Below, in pieces: positions 36,101 through 46,300 of a stretch of DNA of 56,814 nucleotides. The stretch spans positions 1 to 56,814 of IMG/VR virus record IMGVR_UViG_3300029319_000057; one strand, written 5' to 3'. The first letter of the stretch is position 1, and the number at the start of each line of letters is the position of its first letter. Source of the stretch: a virus. Its lineage: Duplodnaviria; Caudoviricetes. The position numbers and the translations under genes were made by a program. The notes under the pieces were generated by a model that did not search any database, was not told the origin of the DNA, and saw only the letters and a list, made by a program, of their open reading frames with translations.

Positions 36101-37885
36101 ATAGATAATCAACTTTATAAGATAATAAGAGTATATAAATATCTTGAAAGAGGCGTTACAGTTAGTGCTCAATTAGACGGCAGTGCAAAAGTTGGAAGCC
36201 AACAAGATTTTAATGACGGACAGGCTGTATATTTAATAAAGCTAGATAAACAATTAGCGCAAAATTTAATTTTTAATGGTGATAAAGAAACTGCAGGTAA
36301 CCCTGGGAATGCCGATAATGTAATGCAAATATCAGTATTAAAGTTTAGAAAAGAAGATGAGCTAATAGGTATACCTGAACCACCTATATTTGAAGTATTA
36401 CCAAAAGATGATACTGATATTGATATATATTTTGAAACACAAGAAGTATTTACAGTATCTAGTAATCACGGTAATGACAATGTGCTTTCTTATTATAATT
36501 GTTTTACTTTTGAAAATGGTGTTGAATCATTAACTATTAGAGACGATTTTAATACACCTGCAATTGGCAAAGGAGTAAGAGTATCTACAGTGTTTGAAGA
36601 TAAACCATATATTGAAGAAACATTAAAAAATAATTTAATATTTTCTCAAATATATAATGGTAAAAACGCAATAAATAGATTAAATCAATTTATTATTGCT
36701 GAAGATATTACAAAAGAAATAAATCCAGATTATGGAAGTATTCAATTATTACATACAAGATATAATGATGTAATAGCTTATTGCGAAAATAAAGTTGTAA
36801 AAATATTAACAAATAAAGACGCATTATTTAATGCTGACGGAAATGTTAATATAACATCTAATAAAGCTGTATTAGGGCAAGCCATGCCTTATAATTCAAA
36901 CTATGGCATATCTACTAATCCAGAAAGCTTTGCGGCATATACACATAGATCTTATTTTACTGATAAAAAAAGAGGTGTAGTTGTAAGACATTCTATGGAT
37001 GGTATGGAAGAAATATCTGGTTATGGAATGAAGGACTTTTTTAGAGACGCTTTAGCTGCTAACAATGGATTAATGGTTGGATCATACGATGTTAGAAAGC
37101 ATCAATATAATATTAGCACACATGAAAGTAATGCTAATAGTACAGTTTCATTTTCAGAATCTATAAACGGTTGGGTAAGTAAAAAATCATTTATACCAGA
37201 AGCTGGTTTTAGTTTAGAAAATAAGTATTTTACATTTAAAAATGGCCATATATTTGAACATCATGTTGGCACAAGAAATACTTTTTATGGCAGCGCAACA
37301 ACACCATTTGTAGAATTTTTATTAAATACAGCGCCGGCTAATATGAAAAACTTTAGAACATTAAATTATGAAGGAGATAGCGGATGGACATGTGCTAGTA
37401 TAGTTACCGACCAACAAGACGGTGTTGTGTCCTCGTTTATTGAAAAAGAAAATAAATATTTTAACTATATAAAAGGTGTTGCTGAAACACAAAGTACAAT
37501 AGATACAAAAGCTTATAATATACAAGGCGTTGGTGACTGGGCAAGCAATGCTAGTGGTGGCGGTAATTTAAGAGTATATACTTTTGCAAATGCGGTTCCA
37601 CAAGATTTACAAATTGGAGATGATTTATATTATGTACACCCAAGCAGCAGCGCTAATACTAGAATAGGCCCTGTAACAGCTATTACATCAACAACAATTA
37701 CTGTTGATTTTACATCAACATCTTCACCACCATCATCACCTGCGTATTTTATATTTTATGTTAAAAATGCAGAATGGCAAACAAGCGGGTTATTAGGTTA
37801 TTTTGCAACAGTTAAAATGCAAAACACATCAACAGATTCTAAAGAAATTTATTCAGTAGGTAGCGAAATTAGTATAAGTAGTTAA
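33122..37885 (+). CDS. Tail stabilisation/nozzle protein (crAss-like muzzle / P22 gp10-like)
   Basis: GKMNKDLDERLLPNGEYRDAVN N-terminus, FFTDNLNEPR, YGISTNPESFA; 1587 aa. Confidence 0.8.
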   Translation: MPEIKNAFIKGKMNKDLDERLLPNGEYRDAVNVDVDYSEGSDVGALKNILGNTQRDSISLSSAKCIGVAKDIENSKVYWFITSSAKDLIAEWDYGTNTYDTILVDSGSVLNFNTNNYITGANVLDGFLFFTDNLNEPRQIDIEYWRSQTSGSSGTSTGLTAERITVIKKSPLSAPSLTMSSSVRATGGNDKGTAGGTAIFVDVDFGASNSVGNLVNSVDIGFQFSSSQTGVSKFKIANGTATDPNYQANDIIILTHKFTESDNTVKTIKARIKLASNYTQQGGGNAGVFSNATLLSISKRSPGGPVTFTCILEEDEPLFKEKFPRFAYRYKYNNGQYSCFSPFSNAAFLPDPTVGAGTGIEYDIKAGANLAMVNSLRTLTLTGLSHNIHADVDEIDIIYKDSVSTNCYLVDTIKRASNGTIASTFTVKDDQIFKTLPSNQLLRLFDNVPKKALAQEITANRLIYGNYTENFNLIDSNGADVKPVFEIELKNRYNPGSSNRDERQSIKSKRTYQFGIVYMDEFGRQTPVLTDDSGIIKVDQESASFMTQFTVKTTSDAPAFANSYKYFIKEISSTTHNFIGDSFYQDKEGFIYIAVPSADVNKVDVDDTIVLKKKRGNNVSDITEEFKVLDKFTTGPPPFLAKPLKEIYVPDIFVFSKNLEQDRDQHLLKPGSTPVPGRNRVTISAMFQFRENKVQGGGVINSDTTDGVSTQAYNLLNPGAKVKFVTGAGETDIYTVANKEIDLADDNDFELHFTEEFGDDVKVLYENFEQDKLFDMTDGTVNAGATLVGGDDTLDGTDNSYGGGVKMVIVDTVDESGKEEYQGKFFIKIKNNSTLLQELKGEEDLNNLQVLSTISLDGDQTDNDPRQFHMYGGGLANSDSSITRNGVVGATSPDDGGFDGSTNHLASNQNNYGEGQSYLAARGFITNDELDNGYHFAIRTDLAFANVTANYATLPLITGLEESPSNKNLYNTDNDDVYLRFDRSRAQVAAGNAIDNQLYKIIRVYKYLERGVTVSAQLDGSAKVGSQQDFNDGQAVYLIKLDKQLAQNLIFNGDKETAGNPGNADNVMQISVLKFRKEDELIGIPEPPIFEVLPKDDTDIDIYFETQEVFTVSSNHGNDNVLSYYNCFTFENGVESLTIRDDFNTPAIGKGVRVSTVFEDKPYIEETLKNNLIFSQIYNGKNAINRLNQFIIAEDITKEINPDYGSIQLLHTRYNDVIAYCENKVVKILTNKDALFNADGNVNITSNKAVLGQAMPYNSNYGISTNPESFAAYTHRSYFTDKKRGVVVRHSMDGMEEISGYGMKDFFRDALAANNGLMVGSYDVRKHQYNISTHESNANSTVSFSESINGWVSKKSFIPEAGFSLENKYFTFKNGHIFEHHVGTRNTFYGSATTPFVEFLLNTAPANMKNFRTLNYEGDSGWTCASIVTDQQDGVVSSFIEKENKYFNYIKGVAETQSTIDTKAYNIQGVGDWASNASGGGNLRVYTFANAVPQDLQIGDDLYYVHPSSSANTRIGPVTAITSTTITVDFTSTSSPPSSPAYFIFYVKNAEWQTSGLLGYFATVKMQNTSTDSKEIYSVGSEISISS

Positions 37886-37918
37886 TACGTAATAATAAAT
37901 ATATAAAAAAATTATAAT

Positions 37919-38653
37919 ATGTCAAGTCATACAACAACAACCGGAACAACGCAAACAATAAATCTTTCACAACAGACACAAGATATTATGAAAAATCTTG
38001 CTGGTGGGCTTATGGGACAATTAAACCCTGTTGCCGCCGCTGGTCAAGCTTTAGGTGGTATAGCGCAGGTTGCAGGTAGTTTAATTGGTGGCGGCGCTAG
38101 AAGGCGTGAACAAAGACGAGCTAGGCAAGAAATGGAGCAAAGAAAAGCTGATTACGAAGCTTTAGACACTTCAAATCCATACAAAAATATTACAAATACA
38201 TTTGAAAATTTAACTGTAAATACACAGGCAGCTGATTTTGCCGCACAACAAAGCGCCCAAGGGGCTGCTAATATTATGAATAATTTAGCAGCTGCTGCAG
38301 GTGGGGGCGGTATAGCCGCATTAGCTCAATCATTAGCTAATTCACAAGTACAGGCTGCTCAACAAGCTTCAGCAAGTATTGCTCAACAAGAACAAAGAAA
38401 TGCAATGTTAGGTGCCCAAGGTGAAGCTACTAGGCAAAGAGCAGTTGCTGCTGGCGAAAGACAATCACAACAAATGGAAATGGAAAAACAAGGAACTTTA
38501 TTTGGAATGGCTCAGCAAAGATTAGCGGCTGCAAATGAAGCAAGAGCACAAGCAACTCAACAATTGGTAGGGGGATTAGGGCAAATAGCGGGTGCTGTTG
38601 GAGGAGCAGGTGGATTTGGCGAACTTGGAAAAGGATTCCAAAAAATATTTTAA
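37919..38653 (+). CDS. Putative internal virion/ejection protein
   Basis: A/G/Q-rich helical protein following tail genes. Confidence 0.65.
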   Translation: MSSHTTTTGTTQTINLSQQTQDIMKNLAGGLMGQLNPVAAAGQALGGIAQVAGSLIGGGARRREQRRARQEMEQRKADYEALDTSNPYKNITNTFENLTVNTQAADFAAQQSAQGAANIMNNLAAAAGGGGIAALAQSLANSQVQAAQQASASIAQQEQRNAMLGAQGEATRQRAVAAGERQSQQMEMEKQGTLFGMAQQRLAAANEARAQATQQLVGGLGQIAGAVGGAGGFGELGKGFQKIF

Positions 38654-38657
38654 AATT

Positions 38658-40361
38658 ATGGCAAATAAAACATTAATATTAGGTGCTGCATTAGCATATA
38701 GAAATCAACCTTATAATTTAGGTTTAGTTGCAGGTAAAGAAGCTAATAAAGCTATTCAAAAAAGCACTAACGAACTGGTTAAGATGTTTGAAAAAGAGCA
38801 AAAAATGCTTATGGCATCAAATCTTTTAGGCCAAAAAATATTTAACGAATTACCAGAAAACCCGTTAATTCCTTTATTGCCACAACCCGTTCAAGAACAA
38901 GCTTATAGCGAATTAGCTCAAATAAGACAAAATATTGCAAATTTAAGAACTTTTATGATGACAAACGCAGCAAGATTACCTGTTGATAGTCCTGAATTTG
39001 CAACACTAAATGCAGAAATTGCAAGACAAAATAATCTTTTAGTTCAATACAGAGACGAATACGGTGATTTACAACAAAAAACCGCGGATTATATTGATAA
39101 TTTTAATAATATATCTGAAAGCTGGAAACTTAATAATAGAGGTAAATTTGAAGATTTTAATGAAAGAATATTTAATATAAAAAATCCTAATTATAAAACT
39201 ACTAGAAACGAAGATGGTAAATTAGTTATTAAAACTGATACTGGTTTTGGAGGCGAATACACTATTGATGATTTAAAATGGGAAGAAGTGCCTAGCGTTG
39301 AATTACAAGAAATAAATAATTATCTAACAAGAGCAAGCGTATATAAACAAAAGAAGCTTGAAATTCCAGAATCAGAGTTGTACACGCTTAGAAAATATTT
39401 AGAAGATAGTATAACTACACAAAGCGAATTAGATACTTTTATGTTTGACCCACTGCGTTTGAATGAAAAAACAAAAATACCATTATTTTCAGAACAAGAA
39501 ATACTTAACATGTTTGAATATAATGAAGAATTGGGGTATGCAGAGGCACCAGAAGATTTAGATTTTGAAGCTATGAAAACAATGACTATTGATAAAATTA
39601 TTGGATTAGTTAAGGCGGAGGCTCCTGCGGTAATTGAACCAAGCTCCAGTTCTGGCTCAGGTTCAGGTTCAGGCTCAGGTTCTGGCGGAAATAACAATAA
39701 TAATAATATTATTGATCCTAATGATTTTACAGCGAGTTTACAACAAGATATAAAATTAGCTGGCCCTTTTATAAATGATGCTTTTGAATTTACTTTTAAT
39801 AATTTATCTACTTCGGAAATGGTTAATAAATTAAGATTAGCTAATCCTAGTTTAGATGTTAATACTAGAGGTGAAATATATAGCGCATGGAATGCTTTAA
39901 ATTCTTCAGGTGATAATGATGATAGAACTGTTGCTATAAGTAAAGACGAATTTAATGAATTAAGCGAAGCTGATAAGGTTAAATTATTTAATGAAGCATA
40001 CGGAAATGATCCATTCGGGATATTTATTGGTCAAAATCCAATGATATTTAAAGATCAAGAAGATTTATTTAGGTTTTATTTAAAGTCAATAGGTGTAAAA
40101 GATAATGTAATTAACTTTTATACAGGACAAGTAAGAGGAGGGTTTTATGAAGGAATTAGTTTTGGAAATATTCAAACCCCACAAGGTTATCAATATTATG
40201 ATCCAATGAACCAAAATATGCCACCCGCAAGAGACGCAACTGGCAATATAGTTGATGATGGTTTTATGTTAAAAATTGAAAATTGGAAAAGAAGTTTAAA
40301 TAACCAGAATCCGCTAACCGAAGAGGAATTTGAAGGTGGTTTAGATTTTACTAAATTTTAA
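38658..40361 (+). CDS. Putative internal virion protein
   Basis: ATG at 38658; two regions joined by SSSSGSGSGSGSGSGGNNNNNN linker. Confidence 0.65.
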   Translation: MANKTLILGAALAYRNQPYNLGLVAGKEANKAIQKSTNELVKMFEKEQKMLMASNLLGQKIFNELPENPLIPLLPQPVQEQAYSELAQIRQNIANLRTFMMTNAARLPVDSPEFATLNAEIARQNNLLVQYRDEYGDLQQKTADYIDNFNNISESWKLNNRGKFEDFNERIFNIKNPNYKTTRNEDGKLVIKTDTGFGGEYTIDDLKWEEVPSVELQEINNYLTRASVYKQKKLEIPESELYTLRKYLEDSITTQSELDTFMFDPLRLNEKTKIPLFSEQEILNMFEYNEELGYAEAPEDLDFEAMKTMTIDKIIGLVKAEAPAVIEPSSSSGSGSGSGSGSGGNNNNNNIIDPNDFTASLQQDIKLAGPFINDAFEFTFNNLSTSEMVNKLRLANPSLDVNTRGEIYSAWNALNSSGDNDDRTVAISKDEFNELSEADKVKLFNEAYGNDPFGIFIGQNPMIFKDQEDLFRFYLKSIGVKDNVINFYTGQVRGGFYEGISFGNIQTPQGYQYYDPMNQNMPPARDATGNIVDDGFMLKIENWKRSLNNQNPLTEEEFEGGLDFTKF

Positions 40362-40364
40362 TTA

Positions 40365-43300
40365 ATGGAAAAAATATATAAATCATTATACAGTAAATAT
40401 GCTCCTAATTTAACTGATGAGGAGATAAATTCTGGTGTGGCTTATTTATTAACTCAAAGTCCCAGCCAAGCTGTTGATTCTTTTTATGAAAAATATGTAG
40501 GAAATTTGCCAACTGTTGAACAAAAGGGCTATATTTTTTCAAGAATGGCTGATTCAATACCTGAACCAAATCAACCTCAAGAAAAACTTGACGCGGGATA
40601 TTGGAAAAGATTTACAAATTCAATGAAAAGAATATTTTCTAGTGTTGTTGACGATGTTCCAAGAGATAATGCCGCTAGACAAATACAAAGAGCAAATGCT
40701 AATTTAGATAGAATTTATAATAATCCTGATTTAACAGAATTTAAAGTAGGTAGTAGTTTTATGCCAATTGCATCACCTACAACTAATATTTCTTCATCTG
40801 TACCTTCATATAAATCTTTACCAAGGGATGAGGCAATACAGTATTATAAAGACATAATAGCAAAAAATGAGCAGATTTATATGGAAAATTATATTGAATC
40901 TGCTGAAGTACAAAACTATTTAAATCAATATAAAAAAATACATATATTTGAAGATGATGGAGATAGTGAATTATGGGATGATTTTCATTTAACTTTTGAT
41001 AAAGCAGCAGGTGTGGCTGTTGAGCAATTACCACAAATGCTTGGTGCTTTTATTAGTTTTGGATATACAACATATGCGCAGGAAGGAGGGTCTGTTGCTT
41101 CTGAATTAATAGATAAACTTGCCGCGCAAAATTTAAATGTAAGCTATGAAGAGTTTTTAACGCTAGATGAAACTACAAGAGCAAAAGAAGTTCTTAATGT
41201 AATACAAGATGGCGATGCTGTAGAAGCTTTACAAGAAGCTCACAGGGTAGGATTGCAAAATGCTGCTTTTGATTATGCTAGCAATCTTTTTTTAGTTGGT
41301 AAAGCTACAAAATTTGTGCCTAAGAGCGCGTTTAGAGGCTTTTTAAGAGGCAAGATTAATAAAGACGCAGGAAATTATTTAAAAGGCTTAGGTTATTCAC
41401 AATTAGCAGAAGTAGTTACTGAAAATGCACAAGAAATAAACTCCGCATTAGCTACTGATAATCCTATAACAGCTAATCTTATTGCAGAAACTACTGCGCA
41501 AACTATATTAGGCGCTGGTACAACTCAGGTAGCTATTGGTACAACGAAATTTACTATTTCAGAAGGTATTGCTGAATTAACAGCTTTAAATGATCCTACA
41601 AGTTTAAGAGCAATAGCTAATGAATTAAAAAGACAAATTAAAAATAGCAATAGAACAAACGACGAAAAAAATTCTATGCTTAGAGAAATAGATATTGCAG
41701 AAAATATTGTAAATAATTCAAAAAACAAATATTTGTCTTATGAAGCTAAAAAAGCTATGTTTCAACTTGAAATTGAAAAAGTTAATGCTCAAGAAAAGCT
41801 TACAGGTTTAGAAAACGAATTTAAAACAAATAAAAGTATTTCAATTGAAGCGCAAATTCAAAATGAAAAAAATAGAATTGAAAGCTATAATAATCAGCTA
41901 GCAAAAACTATATATTTTGAATATTTTAATACATCTGGTAAAAATTTATTATCTTATATAAATGCAGATAAAACTGGATTTTTTGCTAATAAAAAAGGCA
42001 TAATGAGAGCTACCAGGGCTGAATTAAAAACTTGGCTAGAAAATAATAGACCGGATTTGCTAAATGATCCCGAGGTTATAAATATGCTAGAGGGCACTGT
42101 TAATGAAGCTGGTATGCGTGTATATAATCCTGGTATTATGAAAGGCGATTTAGCTTTGTTTGTTGAAGAAAATGTTGAAAATAACATATTTAAAAATAAA
42201 GGTGTATTTAGTACTTCCGCAAATGTAGTTCATCATGAGGTTATGCACTTTATATTTGATTCTTTAAGTAATAAAGATAAAGCACAAGTTGTAAAAGAAT
42301 TAAATACAGCATTTGCCAATTCAAAAGACACTAAAATGATAAACGCTTATAATCAATTACTAAAAAGATTAAGCGTATATGGTAAATTTGATTTAAATAA
42401 CATGACAATAGTTAATGAGTATTTGTCAGGGTTATCAGATGTTTTAAGTCAACAAACAGCATTAGAAAATATACAGCAAGGCGATATGTTTAATCAAATG
42501 GGAGACGCTTTTGCTAAAGCATTTTCAAAAACATTAAAAGATATACCTTTTGAAATTGACGGCGAAAACGCATTAGAATTAATTTTAAGATATAATAGTT
42601 TTGCTGGAATTAAGCCCGCTTCAGTTCGACCAACAATAGAGGCTGTTGCTGATGTTGTACAAACAGCGGTTACAACAGGTAAAACAGATATTGACGAAGA
42701 AACTAAACCTTCTATTGAAGTTGAATTATCATCTGAAGAAATACAAAACAGTCAAAATGCTTTAGACAAATATATAACTGAAGATATAAAAACGCAAGAT
42801 GATTTTAAAAATAATGATACAGCAAGAGCTGGTATATATACAGAAATAGAAGTAAATCTTGTTATAGACCCAGTTATTAATAGTATAATACAAAGAGACG
42901 AAAATACCAGTGGTCTAGCACCTGAAATACAGGAAGATATTAAAAGAAAAGTAAGAGAAAGAATTACAGAAAGAGTATTTAAAAACTTTAACCCAGTATT
43001 AGACGGAAATAAAAGAAGTGTATTTAGTTATATTTATGGTAAAAAAGAAACTAAAGGTACTGGCGGTATTGCATTTAGAGCTTTTCAAGATGTTAAATTA
43101 GAATATGTAAAAAAACCACAAGGGCAGTCTATTGAAACTGACGCTGGTGTTACAATTGATATTGTAGATGAAACTGCAACAGACATAGAAAGCGCTATTG
43201 ATAGCAAAATATTAAGCGAAAACATAGAAAATACTTCTAATCCTAAAATAGAAGATGAAATTGATATACTTACAGAAGATGATATAAAAGATTTAGAAGA

Positions 43301-46300
43301 ATTTGTTAATGAAATATTTGGAGAGGACCAAGCTTTTGACCCAAGCGACCCTGATTTTAGAAAAAATATTAAAACCTTATTTGAAAGTGCAGTAATGCCT
43401 AAAATAAGAAAAGCGGCTGGTAATTTTAAAACTTTTTATGATAATTATATTGAAAAATTATTTGATCCAGATAAAAAATTATTATCAATACAGTATTTAT
43501 ATCAAGCAGAAAGAAGCTTAGAAGATAAAAATTTTGCTAAATTTAACAAAACTTTAACTACGCAAAAAGAAATTAGGAAAGCAAGAGACGAAAAAAGAGC
43601 TTTTGTAGAAAATGAAGCGCAAGGTGTTAGTTTATATGATAGACTAGAATTTAATAAAGAAGCAACAGATAGCTATTATGAGCCTAATAATACTAAGCCA
43701 AACTCTACAATAAGAGCAAGAAGAAATAAACTTTTTGCTGAAATTGGTAAAGAGCTTTTATTTAATTTAGCTCCGTCTGCAATAAAAAAATCACCATTAT
43801 CAACTGAAGAGCAGGCTACTGCCGCTAGAAAAATAGAAAGAGGTTTAGCTAGTAAAGAGTTTGCTTTTGAAATGGGTCTAGAGGGTATTTATTACAATGT
43901 TGGCAATGACGTTACAAGATATTCAAATGGTATGATTGAATTTTTACCATATCTTGATAAATATCCAGGATTATTAAATATTGGTATTGTTACTAGCGGT
44001 TTAGAAATGGGCGGCTATATTAGCAAAGAACAAATTCAAGAAATTAAACAAAACTTATTAAAAGCTTCTAATAATTGGGTTGGTAAAAAGAATTTTTCTT
44101 ATGGCAAATCAGCAACAAGAAAACAAGCACTTACTGATACTGAGAAAAATTATTATAAAGGTGCGCCTTTTACAAGATCTATGCTGCAAAAAAATACCAA
44201 TTCACAAAATAAAGACAGAAGTAAAAGGTATGTTAATGCTGGTATGCATTTATGGTTAGCTATTAATGAATTTATAAACGAGCCTAATATTACAAAAGAG
44301 CAAAGAAATGAAAGAATTTTAACTATGATACATTTTATGGTTAATTCTTTTAAAGATAAATCGCATTTACATAGAAGAATGGCTGGGCTAGCAGGCTATG
44401 ATGTAGTTGCAGTAGCAAATAATGAGCCAATAATAATGGAGCATGCAATGCAAAGTTCTACCGCTTGGAAAGAATTAATACGTGGCAGCGTAAAAAAAGA
44501 AATACCATTTATACAATTATTAGATAAGGTTGTACAAAACTATGCGTTAGTAGGCTTATCAAAAAAAGACGCGGATAAAGTTGACACAGCATTTTATATA
44601 GATAATAATGGCAAAAGAAAATCTTATAAATTTGGGATGGGCCGTAATTGGAATATATTTAATAATAGATGGATAGAAAGATTTGCAAATCAAGATGTAG
44701 CTAATAATGGCGGTATAAACCTTAAAAGAATTAAAACGTTAGAAGGTGTTACATTTGAAAAACAATATGATATTAATAAAGATGGCTCGCCTCTTACTAA
44801 ACCTAGTAGAGAAGTTGATATTAATATTGAAAGAAAAGGTATTAGTGTTTTTGATTTTGATGATACTTTAGCTTTTAGTGATAGCAAAGTTATTGTTAAT
44901 TTACCAGACGGCACAACAAGAGAAATAACACCAGCTCAATTTGCTTCTGAATCTGAATCGTTACAAGAACAAGGCGCTACATTTAATTTTGAACAATTTA
45001 ATAAGGTTATAAAAGGCAGAAAAGGCCCTTTAGCAGATTTAGCATTAAAAAGACAAAATAAATTTGGCAGTGGAGATATATTTGTTTTAACAGCAAGACC
45101 TCAGGAGGCTGCAGGGGCTATTAAATTATTTTTAGATAGTATAGGATTAAATATACCTTTAGAAAATATTACAGGGTTATCAAACGGGAGCCCTGAAGCA
45201 AAATCATTATGGATGTTAGGAAAGGCACAAGAAGGTTATAATGATTTTTATTTTGCTGATGATGCTTTACCTAATGTACAAGCGGTAAAAAATGTATTAG
45301 ATCAAGTTGATGTTAAATCAAGAGTTGAACAAGCAAAAGCAGCTAAAGATATTGATTTAAGTGCTGAATTTAATAGTATTATAGAGCAAAAAACAGGTGT
45401 ATTAGCTACAGATACATATTCTGCAGTAAGAGCAAGAAGAAGGGGTAAAAGAAAAGGTATGTTTAACTTTTTTATACCACCAAGCGCGGAAGACTTTCAA
45501 GGATTAATGTATACTTTATTACCAAAAAGCAAAGAAGGTGAACAGGCTATAGAATGGTTTAGAAAAAATTTATTTAAACCATTTGGTGTTGCGATGCAAA
45601 ATATAGAAAAAGAAAGAGCAGCTATTATGGCTGACTTTCAAGAATTGAAAAAAAGACTGCCTAAACTACCTAAAAAAGCTGGTATACTTAGCAGATCGCC
45701 ATTAGATAAAAAAATATTAGATGGTGATTTTACAATGCAAGACGCCGTGAGGGTTTATATATGGGATAAACAGGGTATGAAAATACCTAATTTAGATAAA
45801 TCTGAAAAAGATGCTTTAGTAAATATTATTAAAAAAGATAAAATATTTAAAGATTTTGCAGATAATTTAATATTAATTAATAAATCTGATGGGTATGTAA
45901 AACCTGATAATAATTGGGAATCAGGAAATATTAGTACAGATTTAAAGCAAAATATAAATACATCGAAAAGGGCTAAACATTTACAAGAGTGGCAAAAAAA
46001 TGTTGATGAAATTTTTACAGAAGAAAATTTAAACAAATTAGAAGGTTTATTTGGAAGAGGATTTAGAAGTGCTTTAGAAGATATTTTAAGAAGAATGAAA
46101 ACGGGTGTTAATAGAAACCCTGGAGGAAATAAAATAGTTAATGACATGTTGGACTGGCTTAATAATGCAGTTGGTACAATTATGTTTTTAAATAGAAAAT
46201 CTGCTTTACTACAAACCATTTCTTCAGTAAATTTTATAAACTGGAGCGATAATAATTTATTGAAAGCTGGTCAAGCTTGGGCTAATCAACCACAATTTTG

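Noticed and set aside
39644-39708. TCAGGT and AAT microsatellites as a phase-variation switch
   Set aside because: Unit lengths are multiples of three and encode a flexible linker
44841-44870. DFDDT in the giant protein as a virion RNA polymerase DxDxD site
   Set aside because: Context VFDFDDTL plus downstream TAR, K and DD matches HAD motifs I-IV instead
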